64,000 nucleotides of DNA from Utricularia gibba (lineage: Eukaryota > Plantae > Magnoliophyta). The stretch spans positions 2,232,001 to 2,296,000 of the forward strand of contig NEEC01000017.1 in assembly GCA_002189035.1 (NCBI GenBank), in the 5' to 3' direction. A program made the position numbers and the translations under genes. Under the pieces are notes generated by a model that did not search any database, was not told the DNA's origin, and worked only from the letters and a program-made list of their open reading frames with translations. This document shows, piece after piece, positions 14,689 through 25,505 of this stretch. Each line of letters opens with the position of its first letter. Position 1 is the first letter of the stretch.

Positions 14689-15196
14689 TGGTGGGGTATA
14701 AATCTGATTAGGATAATCAGCCTCTGAAAAGCTGTCAAAAGGTGCTTTGACGGGATAACGTCGGCTGACAGACCGATATGTGTCAGAACAGTCTGAAAAG
14801 TGGCCGAATTACGATAGAGTAGACGATGATACGCTGAAAAGTAGGATCACACTACAGATGCAGAAAGCGATCGACAACTACAGAAGTTAGGATTTGATCA
14901 GATCGACTTCTGGAATAAATAGTAAAAATTCTGAAGAAAAACGGGTTCGACTCTGAGGCCTCCAACTTATATCTTTCCACACCATCTTCATCGAGTGAAG
15001 ATTTTTCCGACAAATCTCGATAGCTCCGTGGTTTTTCTGTACCCCAGCGATTTTCACGTAAAAAGTCTTACTCCACTTCTATTTTCATAACACGCACCAA
15101 ACCAAGCACAAAACTCACACTCGGGTTCAACGCCTGTAATGAACTCTATAACTCTAAAATCGGTATCGACCCCAGTGCCGATTTTCAACCTTAACA
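14689..15196. mobile_element. Solo LTR of an LTR retrotransposon (508 bp)
   Basis: Begins TG (14689), ends CA (15196); identical 5-bp flanks ATTTA at 14684-14688 and 15197-15201; imperfect terminal inverted repeat (TGGTGGGGT vs reverse complement of end, TGTTAAGGT); abrupt compositional shift from the AT-rich flanks; no internal coding sequence. Confidence 0.75.
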
Positions 15197-15669
15197 ATTT
15201 AGATTATCTACAATAATAAATTCCACTTTATTTTTATTACCACCACTAAATCGTGCTTATGACATTAAATATTCCGAAATATTTCTCACCACACACTTGG
15301 AACGGCAAAGAGTGTCTAAGGGGACTTACGCGTCGTGTTAGAGCGCGTGGCTTGTGTAATAATAAATAACGGCAACTGCCTTTATGAATGACGCCATTAA
15401 CCACAGGATAATTAATAGTAGCCGTTTGGAGCATGAATGTTTCCGTCATGTTAACTCCAGCCCCACTAACCATGGTTTGTTTCCGGGATGCATCTTGGGC
15501 TGCATAATTGGGCCGAAACAGGCCCATATTGGATTATGAGAATTCGAAATATGGGCCTATACCTGCCGGGGCCCGATATGCTACTATTCACTCAACAGGG
15601 AAGCAATTCGCCACCCATCGCGGCCGCGATTCTGCGCTCTCCGGTTCCTTTCGCGATCAGGCTTTCAGA

Positions 15670-16963
15670 ATGATGGGAAAACTCTATGTCAAGATGGTGC
15701 CGCCACCGGATCTGAACCGGAACACAGAGTGGTTCACGTATCCTGGGGTTTGGACCACTTACATATTGATTGTCTTTTTCTCTTGGCTCATTGTTCTCTC
15801 CGTCACCAACTGTACCCCCGGGATGGCCTGGACGATCGTCAATCTCTCACATTTTTTGGTAGATTTCAGTTCACTCGACTCGATGCTGGATTTCCCCTGT
15901 TCCTTTTTTTTTGTTGGTTTTTAATGCTTGTAATCAGCCTCTTTTCGATTTTTCGGCTTGCTATTTCTGAAATTCGGGCCCGGGCATCATCGAGTCATTG
16001 GATTGAGTTGGAATTTGTGACGATTGCTATGAGAAAAAAGGAATCCAGTCTTGATTTTTATCCTTGATGTCAAGGCCTTCCTCGCCTTGCGAATAATTTG
16101 TTCGTACTGTGCAATTGAGTGAGTTTTTTTGGTAATTTGCTATGGCCCCTATTAAAAGATTATTCATTTTTCGGCTTCTGTATGCAGAGCATGAATTTCC
16201 TGATACCCATACATGGTTCTTATAATCAATCTGTCATAATTAGATTAGTAGACAACCGATCAATGCATTTGCTGTTGTTGTGATTGCTCTGGCTTTGCCG
16301 AGTAAGGATCTTGGAGGGTTCGTGGTTCCTCGCAGTTTTGTCTGTCTTTCTTGTCATGAGTTTTGTTCATTTGTGTGATACATTGGGCTTGTAATCTGCA
16401 TGACATGGTTTGCTCTTATATACAGGTCACATACCATTTCTTCCACTGGAAGAAAGGAACCCCGTTTGGCGATGATCAGGGAATCTATAATGGGTTGACA
16501 TGGTGGGAACAGATAGACAATGGAAAGCAGCTTACTCGAAACAGGAAGTTTCTCACGGTTGTTCCTGTTGTACTGTAAGTTCACGGCTAACATTATGCAA
16601 ATTTTGATGATAATTTTGACATCCTGATTCATGAGGAAAGATCGGATTGTGAGATAGATAATTTATTTCTGATGCAGAATGCATTTAGTGTTTGATGCAT
16701 CAATATGACTTTCCAATGGGTGACATAGTGACGTATTTTATGTCAATGAATAAGCAAAAATTTCTCAATAAACTTATTACCAACACCCCATGCTGAAACC
16801 TGTCTCTATCGGTAACATTGACAGATATCTGATAGCTTCACATACAACTGATTACCAACACCCCATGCTCTTACTCAACACCCTCGCTGTGCTTGTGTTG
16901 GTCATTGCCAAATTCCCAAACATGCACAAAGTCCGTATCTTCGGCATCAATGGAGATCAGTGA
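15670..16963 (+). CDS. ORM: ORM/ORMDL sphingolipid (serine palmitoyltransferase) regulator, 3 exons
   Basis: DLNRNTEWFTYPGVWTTYI...|VTYHFFHWKKGTPFGDDQGIYNGLTWWEQIDNGKQLTRNRKFLTVVPVVL|YLIASHTTDYQHPMLLLNTLAVLVLVIAKFPNMHKVRIFGINGDQ*. Confidence 0.95.
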
Positions 16964-17332
16964 AACTGGAGCCTTCCTATGGAGAGCAGTCTCTTTGAAG
17001 AAGTTGATGGCTCGCCCTCCATGGAAGCTGGAACTGGGAAGTTAATCACGGTTAGCTATTATGCGAGCCTTCTTAATGACAACATAAATGTGGTGAGTTG
17101 TATCTGTACAGTAGGTATGTTGATATATTTGCATATTGAATGTTACTCTCGCTATTTCTGCAGAGCCTGTTCTCTGTTTTATCTTATTTTTCTTACAGTT
17201 CTCCACGGTAAAACTTTGTCTGATTTCATGTCAAGGAGCAAGAAGGAAAACGTTGGATGTTTTCACTAGCTCCATTTTGTAAAGTAACTTTGAGAAACAT
17301 AATGGAATTGAGAAAGTGACATTAGGTACCTA

Positions 17333-18234
17333 TCATTCATTGATGATGCTCTCCTTGTGGATTTTTCTGCCATTCTTCCATTGGATGACATGCTTCAACC
17401 CTTTGCATATATTGCCCTGAACAATGAAACATCTCTGTTCATATTATTTGCTAGACAAAAACACTACAGTTGTAAATCATGATCTTGAATTCTTGACTGG
17501 CTCTGTAGTAGGGCATTCATATCTCGTACTGTTCTATGCATTGATTATCTTTATTTTGTATACATCTCTCAATGCTATCTTTATATTCATTAATTGTTTC
17601 AATGAATTCCATCATAAAATTCGAATTAAAAAGCCAAAAAAAAAAGAGAGGCTGTGCTGGAATAGTAGAAGCTGAACTGAAAGAATGAGCATGAGAAAGA
17701 ACTGACCAAGAGGTGACGAGGCCTGGTTTGTGGGATCATCAACCCCCTTTTCTTCTTCATCAGCTTATCGTCAGCGCAGGATGCACAGATTTCATCGCTC
17801 TCCCAGCTGCTATTGGATGGCGATGAAAACCGGAAGCTTCCACCCTTCTTCTTCCTGCCAGTGCCAAGAAACCCGTTGATGTAGTCGAAATCTGGACTGC
17901 CCCTTCCGCTGAGAAGCCGGAAGGAAGAGAACTTGCGGGGCACATCAAGAACGGAGGTAGGAGATGGTGTCTGTGGGAAAATCCTGCAGGGAGGAAGCTC
18001 CAGGCATCTGAGAGGGCGCTGGTGGTGGTTGATGGCAGTGAGTGTGAGACATGATCTTGGTACCCCCGGTTTCTCCTCCCATCTGAAGGGAACCGTTGCC
18101 GAGGTTTGCAGCGGCGAAGACGGTGTGTCGTGAAACCGCAGGGTGGAGGCAGCACGCAGACGGATTAAGGGAAGTGTGAAATGCAGCTGCTTTGATGCAG
18201 CAGCAGCAGCATCAACATCCTTTGGAGCAGCCAT
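17333..18234 (-). CDS. DUF688-type (VPFxWEEKPG) plant protein, 2 exons
   Basis: ATG 18234 (MAAPKDV...), motif TSATVPFRWEEKPGVPR and TPSPTSVLD; intron 17706..17417; short exon 2 GNICKGLKHVIQWK...INE* resembles the family's C-terminal motif. Confidence 0.75.
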
Positions 18235-18836
18235 TGGCTTGCAGAGTGGGAAGGAGGAGCGAGATGCGGAGGAGGCCAAATGGAGTGAGTTGGAGTTGGA
18301 GTTGGGGGAAGGGGAAATGGTAAGAAGGCGAGAAGCATGATAATGGAGGGGAGGGAGGCAAGGGATTGTTAGTTAATGGGTAAAATGGTGGCTGGCGGAG
18401 TTGGAGATTCTTTCCCCCGGGAGCAGTTGCTGCCTGCAGGGCCCCCACCCTCAATTGAACTCCATTCAAGTCACCACACAGTTGCACTGTACAAGTTCAA
18501 AACTTAGGAGTGGCTCTGAGCCGACCGAGCGTTGCCGGAGGGGAGCTGCCAAACGCCGAGGGGGCAGAAGAAGGAGACTGCAATTGCATGCAGACACCTC
18601 CCGCTGCCACCTTTTGTTTCATCGATGCCTTCTCCCTGGCGGAGGCAGCGTTGTTTTTGTCGACACCACATGGGCCCCGCGGGCTGTGTGTTTTTCTTTT
18701 CAGTTCATTTTATCAAAATTAATAAATACGTGTGATGAGATGGATAGATCGATCACCTACTAAATTTGAAATGTGAACTAGGGTTTCATATCATTTAATG
18801 GGGGAAAAAAATACCCTCCCCCGCCCCCTCGCCTGC

Positions 18837-18860
18837 GTGTGTGTGTGTGTGTGTGTGTGT
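18837..18860. repeat. (GT)12 microsatellite
   Basis: Perfect GT run in intergenic DNA. Confidence 0.95.
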
Positions 18861-20081
18861 ATGTTCTCTACTATTTTAACCAATTAATTAATTAATCACA
18901 AAAGTAATTTAATTAATTGCTTGTAAGCCCTTCCCTTGGGTGGGGTCTACGCGCTTTGCCTTTGTTTTACAAACTCCACGTGAACCGAGAAATGGCCAGT
19001 GCGGTGGGGCCCACATGCCGAGTCAACCGGCGTGTGATGATGATGTCCTGACGTTGAAGCGCGAGCACGTGAACAGCGTGAGTCCAAATTTGGAAAAAAA
19101 AAAAATACAATTATTTAAAAATGGTGTTTTCTTTTCTTTTGTTTTTTTTTTATCATGAGAATAAACAAGAGCCTTATTTGATTTACCCAAAATAATTACA
19201 CCAAGCCACATAGAAGCAGTCATCCCCACCATCCAAGAAAGGTATCCATCTATTATACACCTGTGTCTGTTTTTTAATCTTAATTTCAAATTATATAGCA
19301 TATAATCAACTTTAATATTATAAAAATATTTTATAATATAATATAAAATTATATCCTATATTTTATTATACTAAATTATATATGATAAGATTTAATAAAT
19401 AAAATTATTATACAGTGATAATATATGAAAATAAATAATATAATTTTCTAATTAAACATATATTTAAAAATTTCTAAATTTAATTATAGAATCTCAATTT
19501 TTACAAAAAGAATTAATTTAAAAGATTTAGTTTAGGAAACATGTCTTATGTGATAATAAAACTTAAGTCTTAAATTCTGGAAAATAAAAGAATAGGATGC
19601 ATTGTGTGTGTTGTAATAAGATGATGTAATTGAAACTGTGAATCCAAATAATAAGATGCATTTATGGCCTTGCAATTTGTAAATGTGTGAATATTATTAA
19701 AGAAGAGACAAGCGATGAAAATGAAAGGAAAGTGGCAATTGCGAGACCTGCGTCGACGGACGGACGGAACGGACCGCTTCTTCTCTCTGCTGCCGACGCG
19801 GAAATCCCCAACGCAACTTCGCTTCTTCATATCTTCCACGCGCCAAGGAAAACCCCCTCGGTCACTCCCGGCGGCGGCGCCCTTGATTGAGTACCAGGAC
19901 GATGATGATGCACAGCATGGCTTCTGGGACTGGGTGGCTTGAGATCTGACTCCGGGGGTCGGTTTTTTTCTTTCTTCCAGAGGATGTAGGAATCGGGTTT
20001 CTGGGATGATTTGGGTTTGATTCTCAATTCGTTTTCAGTTTGCTTGGGGTTCGGATTACGCATATTTGGATTATTGGGTGG

Positions 20082-21600
20082 ATGAGAGGTATGGGGATTG
20101 TTGGATGGAGTAATCAGGATTGCGCAGTGGCGGCTGCGGTTTTGGGTTCCAGGGCTTTCGAGTACTTGATGATGTCCAGTTCGATATCTGCTGAATGTGT
20201 TTCATTAATGGCTGTCGGGAACAATGAGAACTTGCACGATAAGCTCTCGGATCTCGTTGAGCCCCCCAATTCAACATCTTGTTGGAATTACGCCATCTTC
20301 TGGCAGCTCTCCAGATCAGGGACGGGAGAGCTTGTTCTCGTGTGGGGGACGGTTGCTGTAGAGAGCCTCGCGTCGATGAGGAATCCGACATGGCCCAGAT
20401 TCTCCGATTCGGAGCAGATGATGAATCGCAGCAGAGGATGAGGAAAGGCGTTCTCCAGAAGATTCATCAGACATTTGGAGGAGTTGATGATGACTGCTAC
20501 GCATTTGGGTTGGATAGAGTTACAGACACTGAGATGTTCTTCCTTGCATCCATGTACTTCTCCTTCCCCACAGGACAAGGGGCCCTGGAAGTTGCTTTCT
20601 GTCTAGAAAACATGTCTGGGTATCGAACGCCTTGTCCTCATCGTCGATGGAGTACTGCTTTCGGTCTGCACTGGTGAAGTCCGCCGGGATTCGAACCATT
20701 GTCTTGATCCCGACTGATGTTGGGGTCGTTGAGCTCGGTTCTGTCACGAGCTTACCTGAAAACATGGAGCTTCTGAAGTTGGTCGGATCCAGCTTCTCTT
20801 CATTTCCGACATTCCTCGGGAGGCAAGGTGTTGTCAAGGCAGTGGAAAACGATGAACACGATCCAACAAAAGGACGACGGTGCGCTCCCAAGATTTTCGG
20901 CCAGAATTTGGTGAAGGAGAAGCTTCTGAACAGGACGCAGAGGAGCAGTGACATGAAACCAGGGGGAGATGAGATTTACAGAGTGGACATCCAACAAAAG
21001 CCAGGATCGATGCAAATTGACTTTTCAAGATCCAGAACATCGAACCCGCAAGAGCTTCCTTCACATCCTGTGGTCGTTTCCTGCAAGAGGGAGGCATCAT
21101 CAGGTGTGTTAGAGGACAGGAGGCCTAAGAAGCGCGGAAGGAAGCCGGCAAATGGAAGAGATGAGCCTCTGAATCACGTGGAGGCTGAGAGGCAGCGGCG
21201 GGAGAAGCTCAACCAGCAGTTCTATGCCCTGAGAGCAGTTGTGCCGAATATTTCCAAAATGGACAAAGCATCGCTGCTGGGAGATGCAATCGCTTACATA
21301 ACCGAGCTTCAGAAGAAGTTGAGTGACCTTGAGCATGAGAAGCAGACCGGCAATGGAGCTGCATCTGCAGGAGTGGTGAGCATTGAGGTAGAAGGTGATG
21401 AGACAAGAGTCAAAGTTATCTCCCCATTGGATGCACACCCAGCATCAAGGCTGATAAATGCCATCCAAACCGCTAACGCAAGCATCCTGGAGGCAAAAAT
21501 GGCAGCTGGAACTGATAAAATGTTCCATACCTTTGTGATGAAGTCGCATGGATCCAGTCACCTGACCAAAGAGAAGCTGCTCGAATCCATGTCTCTGTAG
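20082..21600 (+). CDS. MYC-related bHLH of the JAM/bHLH13/AIB group, intronless; two apparent 1-nt deletions in this sequence
   Basis: Three consecutive frames encode one protein: WNYAIFWQ...LVLVWG / DGCCREP...[24 protein letters not shown] / GPGSCF...[21 protein letters not shown]...[56 protein letters not shown]. Frame breaks at G runs 20344-20348 and 20579-20582. Confidence 0.85.
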
Positions 21601-22291
21601 CCATGGTGATCTTCCATCATCCCCTGTTTTGACTGCTTCTTGGAATAGAGGTTAGTTTCAGCTATAGATTTCATGGGAACAAAGGCTGATGTTTTGGCGA
21701 GAAGGTTCAAGTTCCACTTTTTGATTCATACCATACTTCTGAGTTCATCATCATCTGTAACCTTGATGATCTGAGTAACCTACATTATTTGAGAACTCAG
21801 ATGTGTTCATCATGTGTACAGCACAACAGACTTCATGGGGACAAACCCCTGAACCCCAAAATGCGAAGAAGATGATGTTTTTTTGAGTATCGTGTAAACT
21901 GCCTTAATTTTCTTTAGCCAATCGGGGTAGAGAGTGATGCAGTTATGGAGTAGCAGGCAAAAACCGAGAGCTTTAAAGGTTGGAGCGATGTCTTGCTCAG
22001 GGGATGAACCCAACAAGATCTTTCAGTATTCAGGTGGACAGCTTTATTTCATCTGAACAGGAGAACACAACCACCCACAGTGCTTCACAGGGAACCAAGC
22101 AGTTAGCGCTGTATGAGCGGGAAGAAAAGGGATATCAACAGTACGAAGACGACGACTCAACTACTCCACAGAGGGGACAATGTAAACGACCAACAGGCTG
22201 ACGGACGGACGCAGACAGCAGACAGCAGACAGATGGAATGGATTTGCATACATATACACACATTGTGTATGCAGTTCCATGAGAAATGAGG

Positions 22292-24145
22292 TCAGGGAGA
22301 ACCATCGAGACGACGGTCGATGATGCTAGAAACACACTCAAGGAAGGCAGCTTCACTTGATCCAGGGATCACGGAGGCATCTGCTTCTTGTAGGATCTCC
22401 TCAATGATGGAAGGCTTCTTGACTGTTTGTCTGCATATCATATTACCTATGATAAATGGGGTGAGCCCTTTTTCTGCTCCCTTCTTCAGAATCATGGTCG
22501 AGATGCGTAGCACACGAGCGCACTCCTTTGGAAGATCCCAACCATAAAACTTGAGAAGGTCTATATCTTTCTCAGCGTCCAACGATTTTATGTACTCAAG
22601 GGTATCTGAGGTGAAAGGCTGACGGGCTTGAGGCCAGTAAAGCCAGTCAAAAGTGCAGTCTTCGAACTACAAGGAAGAAATATGAATTTCAAAATTCAAA
22701 ACCATAACAACAAGACGCATTTTGAAACTCAAGAGCTTGTGCATATGGTGCAAGAATTTAAATACTAGAAGTTGGGCAGGAGAATGAGAAGTGAAACTTA
22801 CAGTGTATGGCAAGCAATACCCATGATCAATTGGGATAAGCACAATTTGGTCATCTTCACCTTTAGACACTAGTATATTCCCAGCATGCCTATCTGCATT
22901 AGCCATCCTTATATCCAACACGGCAATCTTGTGCACCTCATGAACCGGAAAAGCACTAGGGCCCATATCCTCACAGCTACCTTCATTCTCCATATACATT
23001 TGTAAGGACCCGGTTTTCACATGAACTTCTCTTGGATGATTGAATGCTTTGTGAAGACACTTCACATAAACAGTAGGAGGAACTCCAGAAAAGCCTCTGA
23101 CATCTCTTCGAAAATAACCTTGACCACTTTCAGGATGATCCAACAAATAGACAGCACACTCCCTGATTCCTCCTTCCCCAATTCTTGTCCCCTTCTTCAA
23201 TCCTTCTCCATCCTCTGATATCGGAAGTCCTCTGGGATTATTAATAGCCATTGGCTCCTCATCTATCGGCTTAAAAACAGATAGATATTTAGTTCCAGTT
23301 TCATTCATCATGAAGTATGCACCACCGGTTCCCTCAGTTGACCTAATAGGATTCTTCCCACTTTCCATCCCATAAAGTGTCATGTTAATCATAGAAATTA
23401 TTTCCGGAGGCAATTTGATGTCTGGGTTCACGACCACTGGTTCCAATAACGTTTCTCTAACTGGAAATTTCCCTAAAATCAAATTACACAAACTGGACTC
23501 TGTATCAACATTTGGCCTTTCTACATTCAACAATCTTGTGTCATTCTTCGGCTGTGTGGTTATAGATAACTCGTAGTTTTTCCCAACCGGACCAGCTCTG
23601 ATTTTAGCTGATTTCCTCACAAACAAATGAATCACAGCGTCTTTACAAATTTTGGGGAGGTCATCCACTAATCTTTGTTCCTCAACTGGTTTGCCATCAA
23701 GTAACACCTCATGGTCCTCACCATGTTCATGTTTCCTCCGTGCAACTTGGCGCTTAACATAACCAATATCCTGGCCCCTTTCCACGTGAAAAATGAAATC
23801 TTTCCCACAACAAGTACTAACATGAATTAGCAACAGGTCAGACAGACGAACAACCAAATGCACAACATTCCCATTCCTCACACCGTAGTCACGGACAAGG
23901 GAATTACTCTTCGCCAATTCCCTACCTCCATGCACCAATCGTTGGTTCCTCGTGAAAATACCCTTGCAAGACTGAATACGGAGCTTGACAGAGTCAATAG
24001 AATCCGACTCCAAAACCTGCATTGGAACCATTTTTTCCGGCATAGCTACGTATATGAGAATTCCGCCCGGACTTTGTTCAAGTGATGGGGGTAAGAAGCT
24101 CTCGTCGCGGAGCGGGGAAATCGAAATCAAACCAGCTGACGACAT
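22292..24145 (-). CDS. Type II phosphatidylinositol 4-kinase gamma with two ubiquitin-like domains, 2 exons
   Basis: VLESDSIDSVKLRIQ (UBL), STEGTGGAYF, VFKPIDEEP, VHKIAVLDIRMANADRHAGNIL, LIPIDHGYCLPYT|FEDCTFDWLYWPQA; ATG 24145. Confidence 0.92.
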
Positions 24146-25505
24146 ATCGCCTGTGTATCTCAAATCCCGCACCAAAAAAAACTACGCCTTGCAACGCCGT
24201 CACAGCGCGATTACCAAATGTTTTCCCAGAAATCCATTCTGCTAATCTGCATCTACAAAATCATCAACAGATGATACCTGATTGGAGAAAAAAACGCCTC
24301 ACAAACCCAACAAGGATTTGTGATTGGTCGTAGACTCAATCAGGCGCACGGAAACACCTGAAAAACAAAAAAAAATAGCAAACGATCTTCAGTAATACAA
24401 ATTTCCACAGCTCAAGCCCTACGCAGAACCCCTAGAGCTACATCGAGACAATTCCTCACCAGAAAACAGGAACCGGAAAAATCGATCGCCTCCGGAAATA
24501 AATGTGAGGCCTGAGCCGAGGAGAAGGGAGACGAATCAGGGAGATCTTCACGCGGAGAGAGAAATTTCAATTTCGCTTCGTGAAGGAAAACAGGGCAAGA
24601 ATCATGGGGCGGAAACGGTATACGGTGGTTGACCAGCGACTTTCCCAAGGGAAAGGAAACAGCAATGGGCAGGCCAAGGCCCACCTAACGTTCGGGCCCG
24701 AAATACGCGTTTTTTGAGTTTTGAAAACTGACACGTGGGCCACGGTCCACGCGACTCCCGCTGACGTGTCGCGCGTCGCTTCTTCCTTCCTACACCCCAA
24801 CGGTAACCGTCCAACCCACTACTAATAAAAATATTGATTTTACATCATTTTTTTCGTTTGTTTTTTTTTTGTAAAAAAAAATAATCAATTTCTAGACTAA
24901 AATACAAAAATGTAGCTTGTTTTCGTAACACAAGACACCCCTTAAAGTTTGTCGAATTTCTGTTAACATGGTCGATTTATAGTCCAAAACAATTAATTCC
25001 AATTGTTTTTTAAACACCGTTGAAGTGTTCGATCGACAGTAAATGATGGTCTGGAATCTTGCAGTTGAGGGCGTTCATCGGCTAAAGAAAAAAAGAAGGG
25101 ATCAAGAGAGGGGAGGATGTTAACAGTTTTCTCATCAGCGCTTTCAAAAGGTACCGAGGGGAGGGGGGTGAATGAAGTTCAAAGCTCAACTCTAACAGAA
25201 TAAAGATGAAGTTCCTTGTGTATCTCTTGAAGAAGACTTGAGTGGCTGTGTGCAGCAGGCCGGAGAGGCTGGTGGAGGATCTGCAAGTTAAGAGGAGATC
25301 AGCACACAGCAAGAGGGAAAGACAAGATGGGGCTGTGTTCTTACAGGTGCTGGTCTGGCGGAGAATGCAGAGCACACACACACATCAAGCCTTTGAAAGT
25401 CGGTCCCCTGCCAAAGAAATCGATGGGCAAAAACTAGAGTGGGAGGAGCTGTCTGGGGGCATCCACTGAGCTGCTTCCATGAGGATTTGAAGCAAGAAAG
25501 TTGAC

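Noticed and set aside
14944-14953. GGTTCGACTC, tRNA T-loop / B-box-like motif
   Set aside because: No cloverleaf or A-box around it; lies inside the solo LTR.
18890-18920. AT-only inverted repeat (CAATTAATTAATT...AATTAATTG)
   Set aside because: Low-complexity sequence, expected by chance in AT-rich DNA.
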